Source: Picochlorum sp. SENEW3
Taxonomy: Eukaryota
Assembly: GCA_034226945.1 (NCBI GenBank)
Contig: CP120456.1
Location: forward strand, 124,001 to 188,000
Reading direction: 5' to 3'
DNA: 64,000 nt
A program made the position numbers and the translations under genes. Numbering within the stretch: the stretch's first letter is position 1; each line of letters begins with the position of its first letter. Positions 1 through 11,115 of the stretch are shown here, piece after piece. The notes below the pieces were generated by a model, which was not told the origin of the DNA, did no database searches, and saw only the letters and a program-made list of their open reading frames with translations.

Positions 1-1045
1 GATGGAAGAGGTCACGAATAGCCCTCACATTGATCCCGGGGTCATCTTTTTGCCCTGACATTGTATGCGTTTTGCCAGATCCAGTCTGTCCGTATGCAAA
101 AATGCACACACTGTATCCATCGAGGACAGAATTGATGAGAGGCTTTGCCTCCATGTATATGGCTTCCTGCGTGGCCTCTTGGCCGAAGACGCGGTCAAAC
201 TTAAACTGCATCCATTTCCTATGTTTATTGCTGTATACAGCCATAGTACCTTCGTCCTGATCGTACTCAATGACGGATGGCGATGCATCTCCAGTGACTC
301 CTTGTGGCCGTACACGAGTGTACACACGAATGTTGCCCCTGAGATCCTGAATCATCTCGTGTAGTTCCCTGTTTTCCTTGATCATATTTTTATATTTAGG
401 TCGAAGCAGGGAAAGCTGTATCAATTCATCTTTCGCATTTTCGAGCTCGGATTCTAGCTGATTGCACCTTTTACTCATGTCCAACTGTATGGATGCCATT
501 TCCCCCTCTCGAACCTCCAACTCTCGTCTCAGATCACCAATCGTACTCTCATACGAATCCTTCAGTTCTGCGGCCATAGCATATTGCTCGACAGCAAGCC
601 CTGCCAGATCACGCTCTCGTTCCTGTTCCAGCTCATCCACCCTCCTGTTCAACTTCACAGACAATGTCCTCATCTCATCCACAGCACCCACCAATTGGTT
701 CTTCTCTGCTTCTCTCCGCATCAACTCTTCTTCATACTCTCGTGTCAATCGTGCAACGACCTGCTCAACAGCTGGCCCGACCACATCCAAGGCCACATCC
801 AACTCTACAGAGGTTGGTACCGCATCCACCGATTGCCCACCCATCATCCGGGACTCCATGATGCCCCTGCATGATTCCATCAAATACTCTATGTCTGATC
901 TGCTACGACATTGAGATACCATTCTCTCAGCCAAAGAGTGCACGTCAAGACTGGCTTCTGCCTGGGTTTCAGCACCAACGACCAACGGCGTTCCGACCCC
1001 CTCACCCCTTTCCTCAAAAGGCTCTTCCTTGATGCAAATATCCAT
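1..1045 (-). CDS. Kinesin-14 family (C-terminal motor) protein, 3'-truncated by window edge
   Basis: Hand translation of the minus strand from ATG 1045 stays open to base 2. It gives a coiled coil, then the neck ENRELHEMIQDLRGNIRVYTRVRP, FKFDRVFG and the P-loop VLDGYSVCIFAYGQTGSGKTHTM. It is absent from the ORF track because there is no stop in the window. Confidence 0.93.
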   Translation of the reverse strand, partial: MDICIKEEPFEERGEGVGTPLVVGAETQAEASLDVHSLAERMVSQCRSRSDIEYLMESCRGIMESRMMGGQSVDAVPTSVELDVALDVVGPAVEQVVARLTREYEEELMRREAEKNQLVGAVDEMRTLSVKLNRRVDELEQERERDLAGLAVEQYAMAAELKDSYESTIGDLRRELEVREGEMASIQLDMSKRCNQLESELENAKDELIQLSLLRPKYKNMIKENRELHEMIQDLRGNIRVYTRVRPQGVTGDASPSVIEYDQDEGTMAVYSNKHRKWMQFKFDRVFGQEATQEAIYMEAKPLINSVLDGYSVCIFAYGQTGSGKTHTMSGQKDDPGINVRAIRDLFH

Positions 1046-1622
1046 CTTTTTAGAAATTCCTACAGTGCAAGATAGGTCCAAAGAGCGACACAGAGAGACA
1101 AACTGAAAAGCAACGACATTGTCACTTCGACCCTTCGTACCAGGACATATCCCCTTGAACGGATTCAGACACTGTAAGAAATGTTTCAAAAATATAAACC
1201 AATCAAGTAGTATACGGAATGGGTACGCATTCGTTGGGAAGTAGATTCTTGCATGTGCTATTCTGAACTCACGCATGGTCTGATCAGAATAGGTCATGAC
1301 CTATTGAATGCGGTCGTTGATAGGTGCCACGGTGCTCATATAATTCTTCGGTCAAGCAATGGTTTCTGTCGGACACAGCCACCATGGTGCTATGTAGCAT
1401 CGATCGCATCGATCAAGTGGGCATTATGATCCACATTGACGCATGAAAATGTGATAAAAATTGTTATAGTTTCTGTTGTAGTGACCTGTATCACCATTCA
1501 GAGCCAGAGGTCTGGGGAATACGACGAGTGCATGACATGCAAAGTGTCTTTGCTATTGCTGAAATTGCCACGTCTGCCGTCATTGAGTACCAGGGAGTTC
1601 TGAAAATTTTAAATATCTAACC

Positions 1623-4616
1623 ATGGTGAACAAAGGCAAGCGTGTGGGGTCTATAGCAGGGGCCAAGAAGCAGAAGAAGAAGTTTAAGCGAGCTGTGGAG
1701 AAGGCACAGGCGGACGAGTTGGATATTCGCAAGGATGATGTGTTTGAAGCGGATACTGTGGATGCCGACGAGGATGTGCATGCGTATCGATATGATGTAC
1801 GTGGTATTGTGGGCCATTGTTGCTGCTGCTGTGTTGATGTGTTTTTTTGGCATGTCCTTGCAGGATATTGACAACTATGAATACGAATTGCCAGAGGACT
1901 TTGAGGACGAGGAGATTGATGAAGATGAAGCGTTCAACTCCGAAGATGAGCAACTGTATGGTCATTTATTCTCCAAAAAAAAGTACTCGGAATCGGAAGG
2001 GTCCGAATCGGAAGAAGAGCCCAGTGAGGGCCATGCCGCATTTGATGCGCTGGCAAGTGATGACGAGGAATGGCCTGAAGAAGAAGATTGGGATGATGCT
2101 GGAAGGCAGAGTTTCCATCTTGGTGAGAATAATCTAGATATGGCTGATATAGGGCGTCGGAAAGATGAGAGTGATGGCGATGTGATTCATGATGATGAGA
2201 ATGGTGCATCCATGGGAGGAGACTCCTCCTCTGATGAGGGTCTCGTGACCGAGGCATACCCCGAGTCTGTATTTGCAATGTCGAATAAAGGTATGTGTTG
2301 GATCAATTCATGTGTATGAAGGAGACGGAGTTCTTTTCCCTGATATACTGGACGCTATAATCAAATAGCTGCGCCACATGGTATCATGGGCAGATGGCTC
2401 CGTATATTGATGCCTGATTATATACAGGCTGTGAGACGTCGTGTCGTATCATGGTTTATACAATCAGCGATAGCATATATACTCAAAGTAGTGTTTCTTT
2501 GAATATTGCAGAAGGAGAAAAACTCTCTGTGGATGATTTGATTGCCAGTCTTGGCAGTTCCAGAACAAAGCTTGGAGTCGCTAGAAAATCATTGGACAGG
2601 TTGGGAAAAAAGGCAGTCCCACTGGATGCTCCTCTTCCGGGCCCAATTCAGGCACGGCAAGAGAGAAAGGCTGCATATGATGAATCGAAAAAGGATATTC
2701 AGAAATGGATGCCACTTGTGAAGGCTCATAGAGAGGCTCCCACATTGAAGTTTTCATCAGATAAGAATCTCGTTACGAATACAGTGAGTGTTGCTGGGAT
2801 AGCGTCCAAGCATCAGCCTGAGACAAAAATGGAATCAGAAGTTGCGGCTTTGTTAAACGCTGCCAATGCTGAAACTGCAGGTGCTGTGACTGAATCAGAG
2901 GATGCATTAGCCATGAGAATGCTCAATGCGGAGGAGGCAAAAGCACGAAGAGATGAGCTTGCAAAGATGAGGGCTTTGCTGTTTTATCATGAAGTGAAAG
3001 CCAAGCGACTGAAAAAGATCAAAAGTAAAGAGTATCGTCGACGGATGAAAAAGTCAGACAAGAAGAAAATGGAGACTGGAGGACAAGACATGTTGGTTGG
3101 TGAGGAGGAATTGCAAGCCCAACGAGAGGAGGCTGAATACGAGCGAGCAAAGGAGCGTCTCACCCTAAAGCATAAAAATACATCAAGGTTTATTAGAAGG
3201 GCCATCAAGAGAGGGTCTCAGCATGCGCCAGACCAGGGAACTCGTGCAGTGATCTCAGAGCAGTTGCGATTAGGGGAAGAAATTCGTAGGAAAGTGAATG
3301 CACTTCCCAGTGGGAAGGACTCTTCGAGTGACTCGTCTGATGATGATGATGGTGGTGAGAGCAGTGATGATGATAGGAGAGAGGAGAGGGCATCTAGAAA
3401 AATTCAAGCTGCTGCGAGGGAGATTCTAGATGACGACGGCAACAATGGAGAGCAGCAGGAGAAGGGACTTTTATCACTGCCATTCATGAAACGGGCGATG
3501 GAAAAGAAAAGGGAGGAAGCGAAGAACCAAGCTCAGCAGATTGTAGATGTTCCAGATAGGAATGCAACAGTGAGCGGACGCAAGTCTTTTGGACCTGCTG
3601 CTGCTGCTGGCAACAAGCTTGGTGGGGATGACCTGGATCATGTTCGTGCTGAGCTGGACTCTTCCGATGAGGAAGAGGATGCTGAGGCCAAGCACGCCCG
3701 CCTCACTAAAAATATAGGAAGTGGTAGATTAGATAAAACCGAGCAAGAGTCAGCGGATAGAATTGAGGTGTCAATGGATCAACTGCCAGATATGCCACCA
3801 CCAAAGAGGCAACCAACCCAAGTTTCCATGGCAGGCATCACCATTAAAAGTCCCTCTGAGAAATCAAAGGTGGCAGGTAAAGATACAACGAAGACCTTCG
3901 TAGCATCAAAAAAGTTCAAAGGCCATCGAGAAGGATACGTGTTCACCAATGGGAGTCGAGGAGTTGGCTACTACAAGGACGTCGAGGAAGCTCCGAGTGG
4001 GCAACATGCCACTGCAACAAAGAGTCGCGTCCAAAAGCCTTCAGCTCGTTCAGGCGACCCAAAAGCTATAAGTACTCAGAAAGAGTTGATATCAAAAGCT
4101 TTTGCTGGGGATGATGTTGTGAAGGAATTCAAAGATTCAAAACAAGAAGAAGTTGAAGGTGAGCTGCCACAAGAGGAGGTTCCAGGACAACTGCCTGGGT
4201 GGGGGACGTGGGCAAGTCAAACGAAAGAGCCTAAATGGGTCCAAGAGGCCAAGGCCAAAGCTGAGGCTAAGAAAAAAGCAGCAGCACGATCTCGGCGGGA
4301 CGCCAATATGGACTATGTTGTCATATCAGAAAAGTGGGACGTCAAAAGCTCAAAGTACAAGACACAACGCGTGCCATATCCATTTGACTCAAAGGAAACG
4401 TATGAAAGATCCATGCGGCAACCTCTTGGTAAGGAATTCAACACAGTTGAATCATTCAGAAATCTGACGCGTCCATCTGTTGTCAAAGATAATGGTGTCA
4501 TCATTCAGCCCCTCAAGTACAGTGAAAAAGTGGCACGTCACAAGGATGCCAATCCTTCTCGTGCCCACGGGATCATGTCTGTTGCCGGAGGCATGGCTCA
4601 ACGATCCAAAAAGTAA
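1623..4616 (+). CDS. UTP14: U3 snoRNA-associated protein 14 (SSU processome); exons approx. 1623-1796, 1864-2290, 2512-4616
   Basis: Motifs RAKERLTLKHKNTSRF, LPGWGTW and PYPFDSKETYERSMRQPLGKEFNT. GT-AG introns join three ORF-track pieces in frame. Confidence 0.9.
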
Positions 4617-4679
4617 CACGAATATATACATCGTATAATAATATAATGTGAATGTACATTGTTTCAAATCATCTCTGCG

Positions 4680-5645
4680 TCATGCTGCTAGCTCTACCGT
4701 CTCAAATTCCTCTGTTTCAGTAGCCGATGAAAACTCTTTCCCTGCCTTCTCCATCGCATCCTCATCTGTCTCATCTGGAATGTAATCATGTAGAGGCGTG
4801 GTTGGCAGAAGGAAAATGGGACTCAATACGATGAACACTGCAAATGCAAGAAGGATGGGTAGCGTTTCCAGTGCATAAAACAATGTCTGGTTCTCTGTCA
4901 AACCCCCAGGATCTGGATACTTCACAGCAGACTGTGTGAACTCGACAAACCTGAACACATTTCTTATTGTGATGAAAAATATCGCCCCATACACGCCCAG
5001 AAATAGCCACTTGTGCGCCTTGTATCCCCTAAATTTATTGTCTTTATGCCTCTGAATCCAGACCGCAAGAAGCGTAAATAGGCAAAATGAAACCAGCTGC
5101 AATCCCAGTCCAGCAACGGTAATCCAACTTCCCAGCTTGACAGTCGACACGACAGGATCCCCGCTACTCTTTTGCGTAGCCCAAATGGAAATTCCTACGG
5201 CTTGTACGATGAGAGCAAACAGATCCAAGCCCACAAATCCCCATGAAATTGCTTTTGGTTTGAGAAACTTGCTCTTTGTGTGCATCTTGGCAATAGTTGA
5301 TATTTTACCAACAGTTGTATACGACGCAGCTTGCAGCACATTCGGAGACAAGACAATCAAACATTGCATCGCAACATATGCACTGAACAAAGACGCCTGT
5401 CCACTATTCTTCACCATCCAAATCATAGCAACATATCCACCAGCTTCTGCAAGAGCTGTCAGAACTACCAAAAGCATGAACCATGCGTTTCGGTTTCGCT
5501 TATATATCAATTGAGCCGTGACAATCAATGCAGCAGCATAATATAACCCTGTGGCTGTCCCAGCCAAGGCCAGACTCGGAAAATACCCAAAGTACTGTTC
5601 CACTGTTAAACTATCTAGGTCATATTCAAGAGTAGAGTTGCTCAT
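4680..5645 (-). CDS. RTA1-like multi-pass membrane protein (Rta1/Rsb1 lipid-translocating exporter family)
   Basis: About 7 hydrophobic segments with family-like motifs FVGLDLFALIVQAVG, AGLGLQLVSF, IRNVFRFVEF and FYALETLP. Intronless. Likely start MSNST at 5645. Confidence 0.8.
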   Translation of the reverse strand: MSNSTLEYDLDSLTVEQYFGYFPSLALAGTATGLYYAAALIVTAQLIYKRNRNAWFMLLVVLTALAEAGGYVAMIWMVKNSGQASLFSAYVAMQCLIVLSPNVLQAASYTTVGKISTIAKMHTKSKFLKPKAISWGFVGLDLFALIVQAVGISIWATQKSSGDPVVSTVKLGSWITVAGLGLQLVSFCLFTLLAVWIQRHKDNKFRGYKAHKWLFLGVYGAIFFITIRNVFRFVEFTQSAVKYPDPGGLTENQTLFYALETLPILLAFAVFIVLSPIFLLPTTPLHDYIPDETDEDAMEKAGKEFSSATETEEFETVELAA

Positions 5646-6165
5646 TGTTGATCCAATTCTTAGTATTCTCTGGACTGATCTACAAGCACAATCCAATGCG
5701 GGATTCGTTTCTTCGCGTATTTTCTTTTTCTCCTCTGATTCCCATTATTCTATGCATCTCTAAGATGAATTATCATTTCTAAATAAGAATAATGATCACA
5801 GGATATATATAAATATTCTTTTGAAACGCGCGAGGTAAACGTGTGTGGTTTGGGCAAGTCACCCCGCGTCCTCAGCAGGAAGCGCGCGCGCGCGCTAGCT
5901 ATCGATATCGATAGATCGTGATTTTGATGGACGAGGGCGCATACTAGTCAGATATATGGGGATGGTCTGTTTCATGCTTGCAGATATGAGCTGGGTATAC
6001 GTGAGATGACGTGACGTGACCTGACGTCACGTAACCACAATTGAGGTGTGTAGACTACATACTGTAGTGGATGCGCATGGTCTCTTCGGTACGAGACTTG
6101 ATCAGATATCTCGACTAGGAAAAGTCGGGTCATTTATTTTATGTATGAATAGTGTGTCCACCACC

Positions 6166-6901
6166 ATGAGAATCAACCCATGCCATTTAGGGTGTCTGCT
6201 TCTTTGTCTCCTCAGCGCCTGTGCTGCTGGAGAACCGGAGACAACATACGAGTTCGCTGCCACCACTCCCGTATGCCTATACTGCGTTGGAAGAATATAT
6301 AAGTAATCGTACAATGACATTTCACCATGATAAGCATCATCAGGCGTACGTGAATAACCTGAATGATGCTTTGAAACCTTATCCCTGGCTTCATGGTGTT
6401 TCGCTCGAAGCACTCAATGCAATGGTCGGGACGGGCATGCTTCCAGAGGAGATTGAATCTGCTATTCGAAACAATGGAGGGGGGCATTGGAACCACAGTT
6501 TCTTTTGGAGAATCATGATGGAGCCGACGAATGCCACAGATGGTCCAAGTGGAGAACTTGAGAGTGCCATTGTTGACACATTTGGGTCGCTCGAGGGTTT
6601 GAAGGAGGAATTCAATGCCAAAGCATCTACAAGATTTGGTTCTGGGTGGGCCTGGCTTATCAAGACGCCAACAGGGGCGCTAAAAGTAACTTCAACACCT
6701 AATCAGGACAACCCACTCATGCCTCGATCAGTTGTAGGAGAGGTTGGCAATCCTCTGCTTGCCCTGGATGTGTGGGAGCATGCATATTATCTCGACTATC
6801 AAAACAAAAGGGGGGATTATATCAATAATTGGTGGAATTTGGTACATTGGGCAGAGGCTGAAAGAATATTTCTAGAGAGTTACATGCCATACTCGCAGTG
6901 A
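6166..6901 (+). CDS. Mn-type Fe/Mn superoxide dismutase; 5' structure ambiguous (signal-peptide-like N-terminus out of frame with catalytic domain)
   Basis: LPPLPYAY, HHDKHH, NNGGGHWNHSFFW, RFGSGWAWL, TPNQDNP and DVWEHAYY. The GGGH plus NQD pattern is Mn-type. Confidence 0.9.
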
Positions 6902-7217
6902 GTGCCTTTTGTTTTCCATGTTTGCAAACAAATGATCTTCCGCGTGAAAATGGTCCAGATCAGTGCATTTGCTCTAGAATGGTATACCTCAATGAAATAG
7001 TCCCTTTTAATAGGTCTGTCTTGCACTATTGTTATCCATATGCATGTAACAAATCTGCCTTGGTGCTCTTACCAACGTTAGTACCGGATTCATGAGTTCA
7101 ACGTACTGACAAATCAGCATCGCGACGGTTACATGGAGTATAACATGGTTCATTCTTTTCAATCTTTCTGGTTCTTGCTGGGATTCTTCGATAAAAAATA
7201 AGAAAAAAAGGTGTGGC

Positions 7218-9041
7218 TCATACATGGACTTCTTGCAACACCACAAATACCAGCACCCACCACATGGCATGGATGCAGGACTGAGCAGCACTCTTGGGTA
7301 CATTTGGGACCACGTCTGGAAGAATACTGTCAGGATTAAACTGCTTGTTCTGTTCCAAAACAAAGTCTGATATCGACTCAGAAGTGGTATACAGCTGTGG
7401 GTTTGGGTATGCTCCATTGGCATACTCTTGAGACCACTTGATCAGTTCCGACTCTGGATATTTATCCAAGAGCTGCACCGTTATCGCCGAGAGGGCAGAA
7501 TATACCGAGTATGGTACACTTGGTGCAACTGCAATGCCGATTGGAAACGCGGCAGACATATCTGCAGAAGCTTGTTTGAGACCATCTGCGTCAAAGGACA
7601 CATTAGAGTCATACAAAAAGCCATCGCATTCGCCATTTGACAACCCTTCAATTGCCTCGCTGGAGGTATTATAGTATATCAATGTTGCACCGGCGGATTC
7701 TGCTTCGTCATTGTATGCCCCTCCATACACCGTGCACAGAGCCTTCCCACTGGCAAATTCCAGTCCTGGCTGTGGCTCTTGGACATCCATAGATTGCTCA
7801 ACATAAATGGCTGGGCCTGCTGAAAAGTACATTGGTTGGACAAAGGAATAGTTATTTACTCGGTCTTGAGTGACGGAGATATCACCGATACTGATGTCGG
7901 CGAGGCCTTGATCCAAGTATGACAGCCGATCTGACAAATTGTCTGTGACGAGCACATCCAGGCAATTGAAATAGGGACTGTTGCATATCGCCTTTCCAAT
8001 CTCCACCTCCATACCGGTCCAAGTAGATGTATCTTCTAAAAATGAAGACGTCCCTTGCAGTGATGCAAGTGGCATGGGACTTGCTTGATACATGAGAAGT
8101 GTGACATTCACAACCCCACTGGCATCCACTGCCTCTCCTCCATCAAAGACGGGTGTCGTCGGCTCCCACGTCAGCTCAAATCCATTCTTTGTGCTCATTC
8201 CAGTAACAGCATACACCAAATCCATCAAATTATCATTCGCAGGGTATCCATTTGCAACCAGGGTTGTATTCTCATACCAGAGTATTTTACTCTTGGGCCC
8301 TTCCCACATGGTTGACACAAGACCCACAGTCAAATCGTCAATCAAGTCTTGCGACGCTGTTTTGTTGGTGATGATACCAATAGGCTGCTCCGATACTCTA
8401 TTTCCCACGACGGACAAACCAAGGCTTGTTGCGTAATTTCTACCAACATCCCCTCCAATCATGGCAACGCACTCCCCATCTCTGAGCTTTTGGACAGCCT
8501 CTTTCGAGGTTGCCAAAGACACCACCCTGGACGCGCCAAACACATCCCTCAAAGCATTGTTCTTGTTCAAGTAGTAGTCCTGAACGGCGCACACGGGCTT
8601 TCCACGAAGTGTTTCAAACGTCAGATCCGATGATGCATCTGCAACGTACAGCACAGCAGAGGAGGAATAGTAAAAGGGCTTGATAAAATTATACCGTTCC
8701 TCTCTCTCGCCAGATCTAGATATCAAACCGATCGCAAAGTCTGCCGTTCCGTTCTCTATAGCCTGGAAAATCTCCGCAAACTCTCCCACAATCCACTCGT
8801 CTCGTGGAACACAGTCCACCAAGGGAGTGTTGTTCACACCGGTGCCGAGCACTTGGCCACTCTCATTACACATCCATTCCAAAATCTCAATTTCAAACCC
8901 ATTCCAATCAGAAGCATTTGGACTGGATGTATTGTAGAATGGATACAAACCCGATCGGGGTATTGCAGGAACGTATTGGGCTCTGCAGCCTGACGCGAAC
9001 AACAGCGCCAACGCGATAATGGAAAAAATACGCATCATCAT
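7218..9041 (-). CDS. Secreted, probably GPI-anchored protein with two tandem solute-binding family 3 (PBP type II, amino-acid-binding) domains
   Basis: N-terminal signal peptide. Two repeats of W.G.E.EI...AD..IG.IS...R...Y.F..P.Y, each with C..V and GEC motifs. C-terminal KSAA plus a hydrophobic tail. Intronless. Confidence 0.72.
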   Translation of the reverse strand: MMMRIFSIIALALLFASGCRAQYVPAIPRSGLYPFYNTSSPNASDWNGFEIEILEWMCNESGQVLGTGVNNTPLVDCVPRDEWIVGEFAEIFQAIENGTADFAIGLISRSGEREERYNFIKPFYYSSSAVLYVADASSDLTFETLRGKPVCAVQDYYLNKNNALRDVFGASRVVSLATSKEAVQKLRDGECVAMIGGDVGRNYATSLGLSVVGNRVSEQPIGIITNKTASQDLIDDLTVGLVSTMWEGPKSKILWYENTTLVANGYPANDNLMDLVYAVTGMSTKNGFELTWEPTTPVFDGGEAVDASGVVNVTLLMYQASPMPLASLQGTSSFLEDTSTWTGMEVEIGKAICNSPYFNCLDVLVTDNLSDRLSYLDQGLADISIGDISVTQDRVNNYSFVQPMYFSAGPAIYVEQSMDVQEPQPGLEFASGKALCTVYGGAYNDEAESAGATLIYYNTSSEAIEGLSNGECDGFLYDSNVSFDADGLKQASADMSAAFPIGIAVAPSVPYSVYSALSAITVQLLDKYPESELIKWSQEYANGAYPNPQLYTTSESISDFVLEQNKQFNPDSILPDVVPNVPKSAAQSCIHAMWWVLVFVVLQEVHV

Positions 9042-9306
9042 TTCTGATGTTATATATATATTGAATTAGTAGTAGTTCTGCATCATGCGAGAATAAGAAT
9101 CCATGGTTTTTCATCGGATGGATCACGGATGTCGTAGCGTAATCTGCCAGCGCGGTACCGCGCTAATTCGCTTTTACAGAATTCTTTCTTGTTGCCATGA
9201 CACAAAATCATAACAAAAAATCAGCTGCTCTGTGCCATGACGAACAAATTTACTTATTACAACTGAATAGCATCAGTCATCAAAAGAGTACAATAACAAA
9301 CATGTT

Positions 9307-10599
9307 CTATGCATCAAAAAAGGGACAAGACCGAGGAAGCCCTGGACACACGTCTCCTGGATGCTCCACTCCTGAAAATGTCACTGGAATGAGTGATGAT
9401 GTTTTGATCGACGATGCTTTGATCCCCTCAAACCTCTTTGCATATTCCTCAAACAAAAACGCTACATACTCGGATATAACCTTTCTATTGAAATATCTGC
9501 ATGCAAATCGTCGACCTTCATACACCATGAGCCTGGCTGCCAAGTCATTGTCTCGAGAAAACTCGACAGCCTCCTTCACATCCTGCAGGGACCTCGACAG
9601 CGGCACGTAGTGGGTGTACGCATGCAAGCTCGTGTAAAAAAATTCCACAAAAGGACTTTCTTGTTTGATCATAAGCGACAGAGACTCGAGATGCGTGCGA
9701 ATTCTACTCGAAGGCGCCGAGTTACCGTCAAGAACAATGGCAAACTTGTGCTGCGTCAGTTGTTCCGACATGGGCATTGCCTTCTTCTCCCCCAATTCCT
9801 TGATGATATCCTGCTTTGCTTTCACAGTACTTTGAACAAACCCAGAAATCTCAGCATCACAAATATCCCTATGATCATGACAAAACTTGACAAGCATTGG
9901 GCGAGGTTGAGACCTCCAGTTCCTTTCAGTGACAAGGCGAACATACGGAGAGGTCGTCGACCCCCGCCATACAGCAGTATCCTTCTTCTCGTCCCACACA
10001 TCTTCTATATCACTCCAGTAATCACAATTCTCAGGCGCCTCATCCGGCAGATTGTGAAATGACTTGTATGGCAACAACAAATCCGAATTCGTCCGAGTCT
10101 TGACCCAACTCATCACAGGAGCACCTCCATCCCCAAATGTCCCAACAGGCTCGTCCGCACAGTTCACAACGAAATCAATATCTTTATTCAATTGTCCCGA
10201 GCACGCTATATCGTATATACGACAGAGCTCGATCGGTGGAATTCCTCGGTGTAAATCCACCCTCCAGGGAACATAGCCATGCGCATGCTTCCACACGTGC
10301 ATATACATCTTCCCATCCTCAATCCTTACAAAAATCCCATGCTGTAGTTTATTGAACGCATTCTCAATCCCTTGGCTGGAAATGGTCTGGTTTCCCAGTC
10401 CATCGACATGTTCGAACGTTCGAAACACCTCGTCTTTCCATTCCTCTGGGAATGCGCTTTTATGAGCATCAGAATCTGATGTTAATTTTATTGTGCAAGG
10501 TATCCAGCGTATAACCCATAGCATATATGCTATAAAGCACGCATAGATACCTACTACCCCAAACCCAACTACCCCGAGGAGGGCCCTCCTCCTCTTCAT
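9307..10599 (-). CDS. Glycosyltransferase family 90 (CAP10/KDELC/POGLUT-like), type II membrane protein
   Basis: N-terminal TM anchor, DIDFVVNCADEP, AVWRGSTT, HKFAIVLDGNS and HYVPL. Confidence 0.85.
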   Translation of the reverse strand: MKRRRALLGVVGFGVVGIYACFIAYMLWVIRWIPCTIKLTSDSDAHKSAFPEEWKDEVFRTFEHVDGLGNQTISSQGIENAFNKLQHGIFVRIEDGKMYMHVWKHAHGYVPWRVDLHRGIPPIELCRIYDIACSGQLNKDIDFVVNCADEPVGTFGDGGAPVMSWVKTRTNSDLLLPYKSFHNLPDEAPENCDYWSDIEDVWDEKKDTAVWRGSTTSPYVRLVTERNWRSQPRPMLVKFCHDHRDICDAEISGFVQSTVKAKQDIIKELGEKKAMPMSEQLTQHKFAIVLDGNSAPSSRIRTHLESLSLMIKQESPFVEFFYTSLHAYTHYVPLSRSLQDVKEAVEFSRDNDLAARLMVYEGRRFACRYFNRKVISEYVAFLFEEYAKRFEGIKASSIKTSSLIPVTFSGVEHPGDVCPGLPRSCPFFDA

Positions 10600-11115
10600 C
10601 CTTGTTGTTGATGTATGAATTCCCCCATGATGGGTGTATTTCTATCCTGTACACCTCCTCCTCCTCCTAGGAATAGTAGTTGTTGTTTTATTGTATTGTG
10701 GAATACCATGAACAGAACAGCATGGGGTTCTGTGGCTGGCATGCAAGGGCATGGTCCCTGCATGGAGACATGGGTAATTGACATACGCATTCGATCCAAT
10801 ACATTGTTTGACCGGTGTATTGATACAACGGTTGGGTGTAGGTGGTGGTGGGTATGTCGGATGACCTCGTGACAATTGCGGAAGTTACAAACAGTTATTT
10901 TTTCATCCATGGTACTGTATTAAAAACAAGTATCCAGGTGCTTGCAAGCTCTCGTGAGACCCAGAAAGTGCACGCCTGCACGAGCTCAAGTCCTAGTATT
11001 GCTATTTGAAGTGGATTCTTATTCTTGTCGGATAACTGATATTAAAATGGTTCTTTATTAAGAAAGAGTGGGTTGGAATAGTACCATTTGTGATCGTAAC
11101 GAGGGAGAGGGTATC

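Noticed and set aside
25..914. Short ORF-track entries at the left edge
   Set aside because: They are shadows of the minus-strand kinesin CDS.
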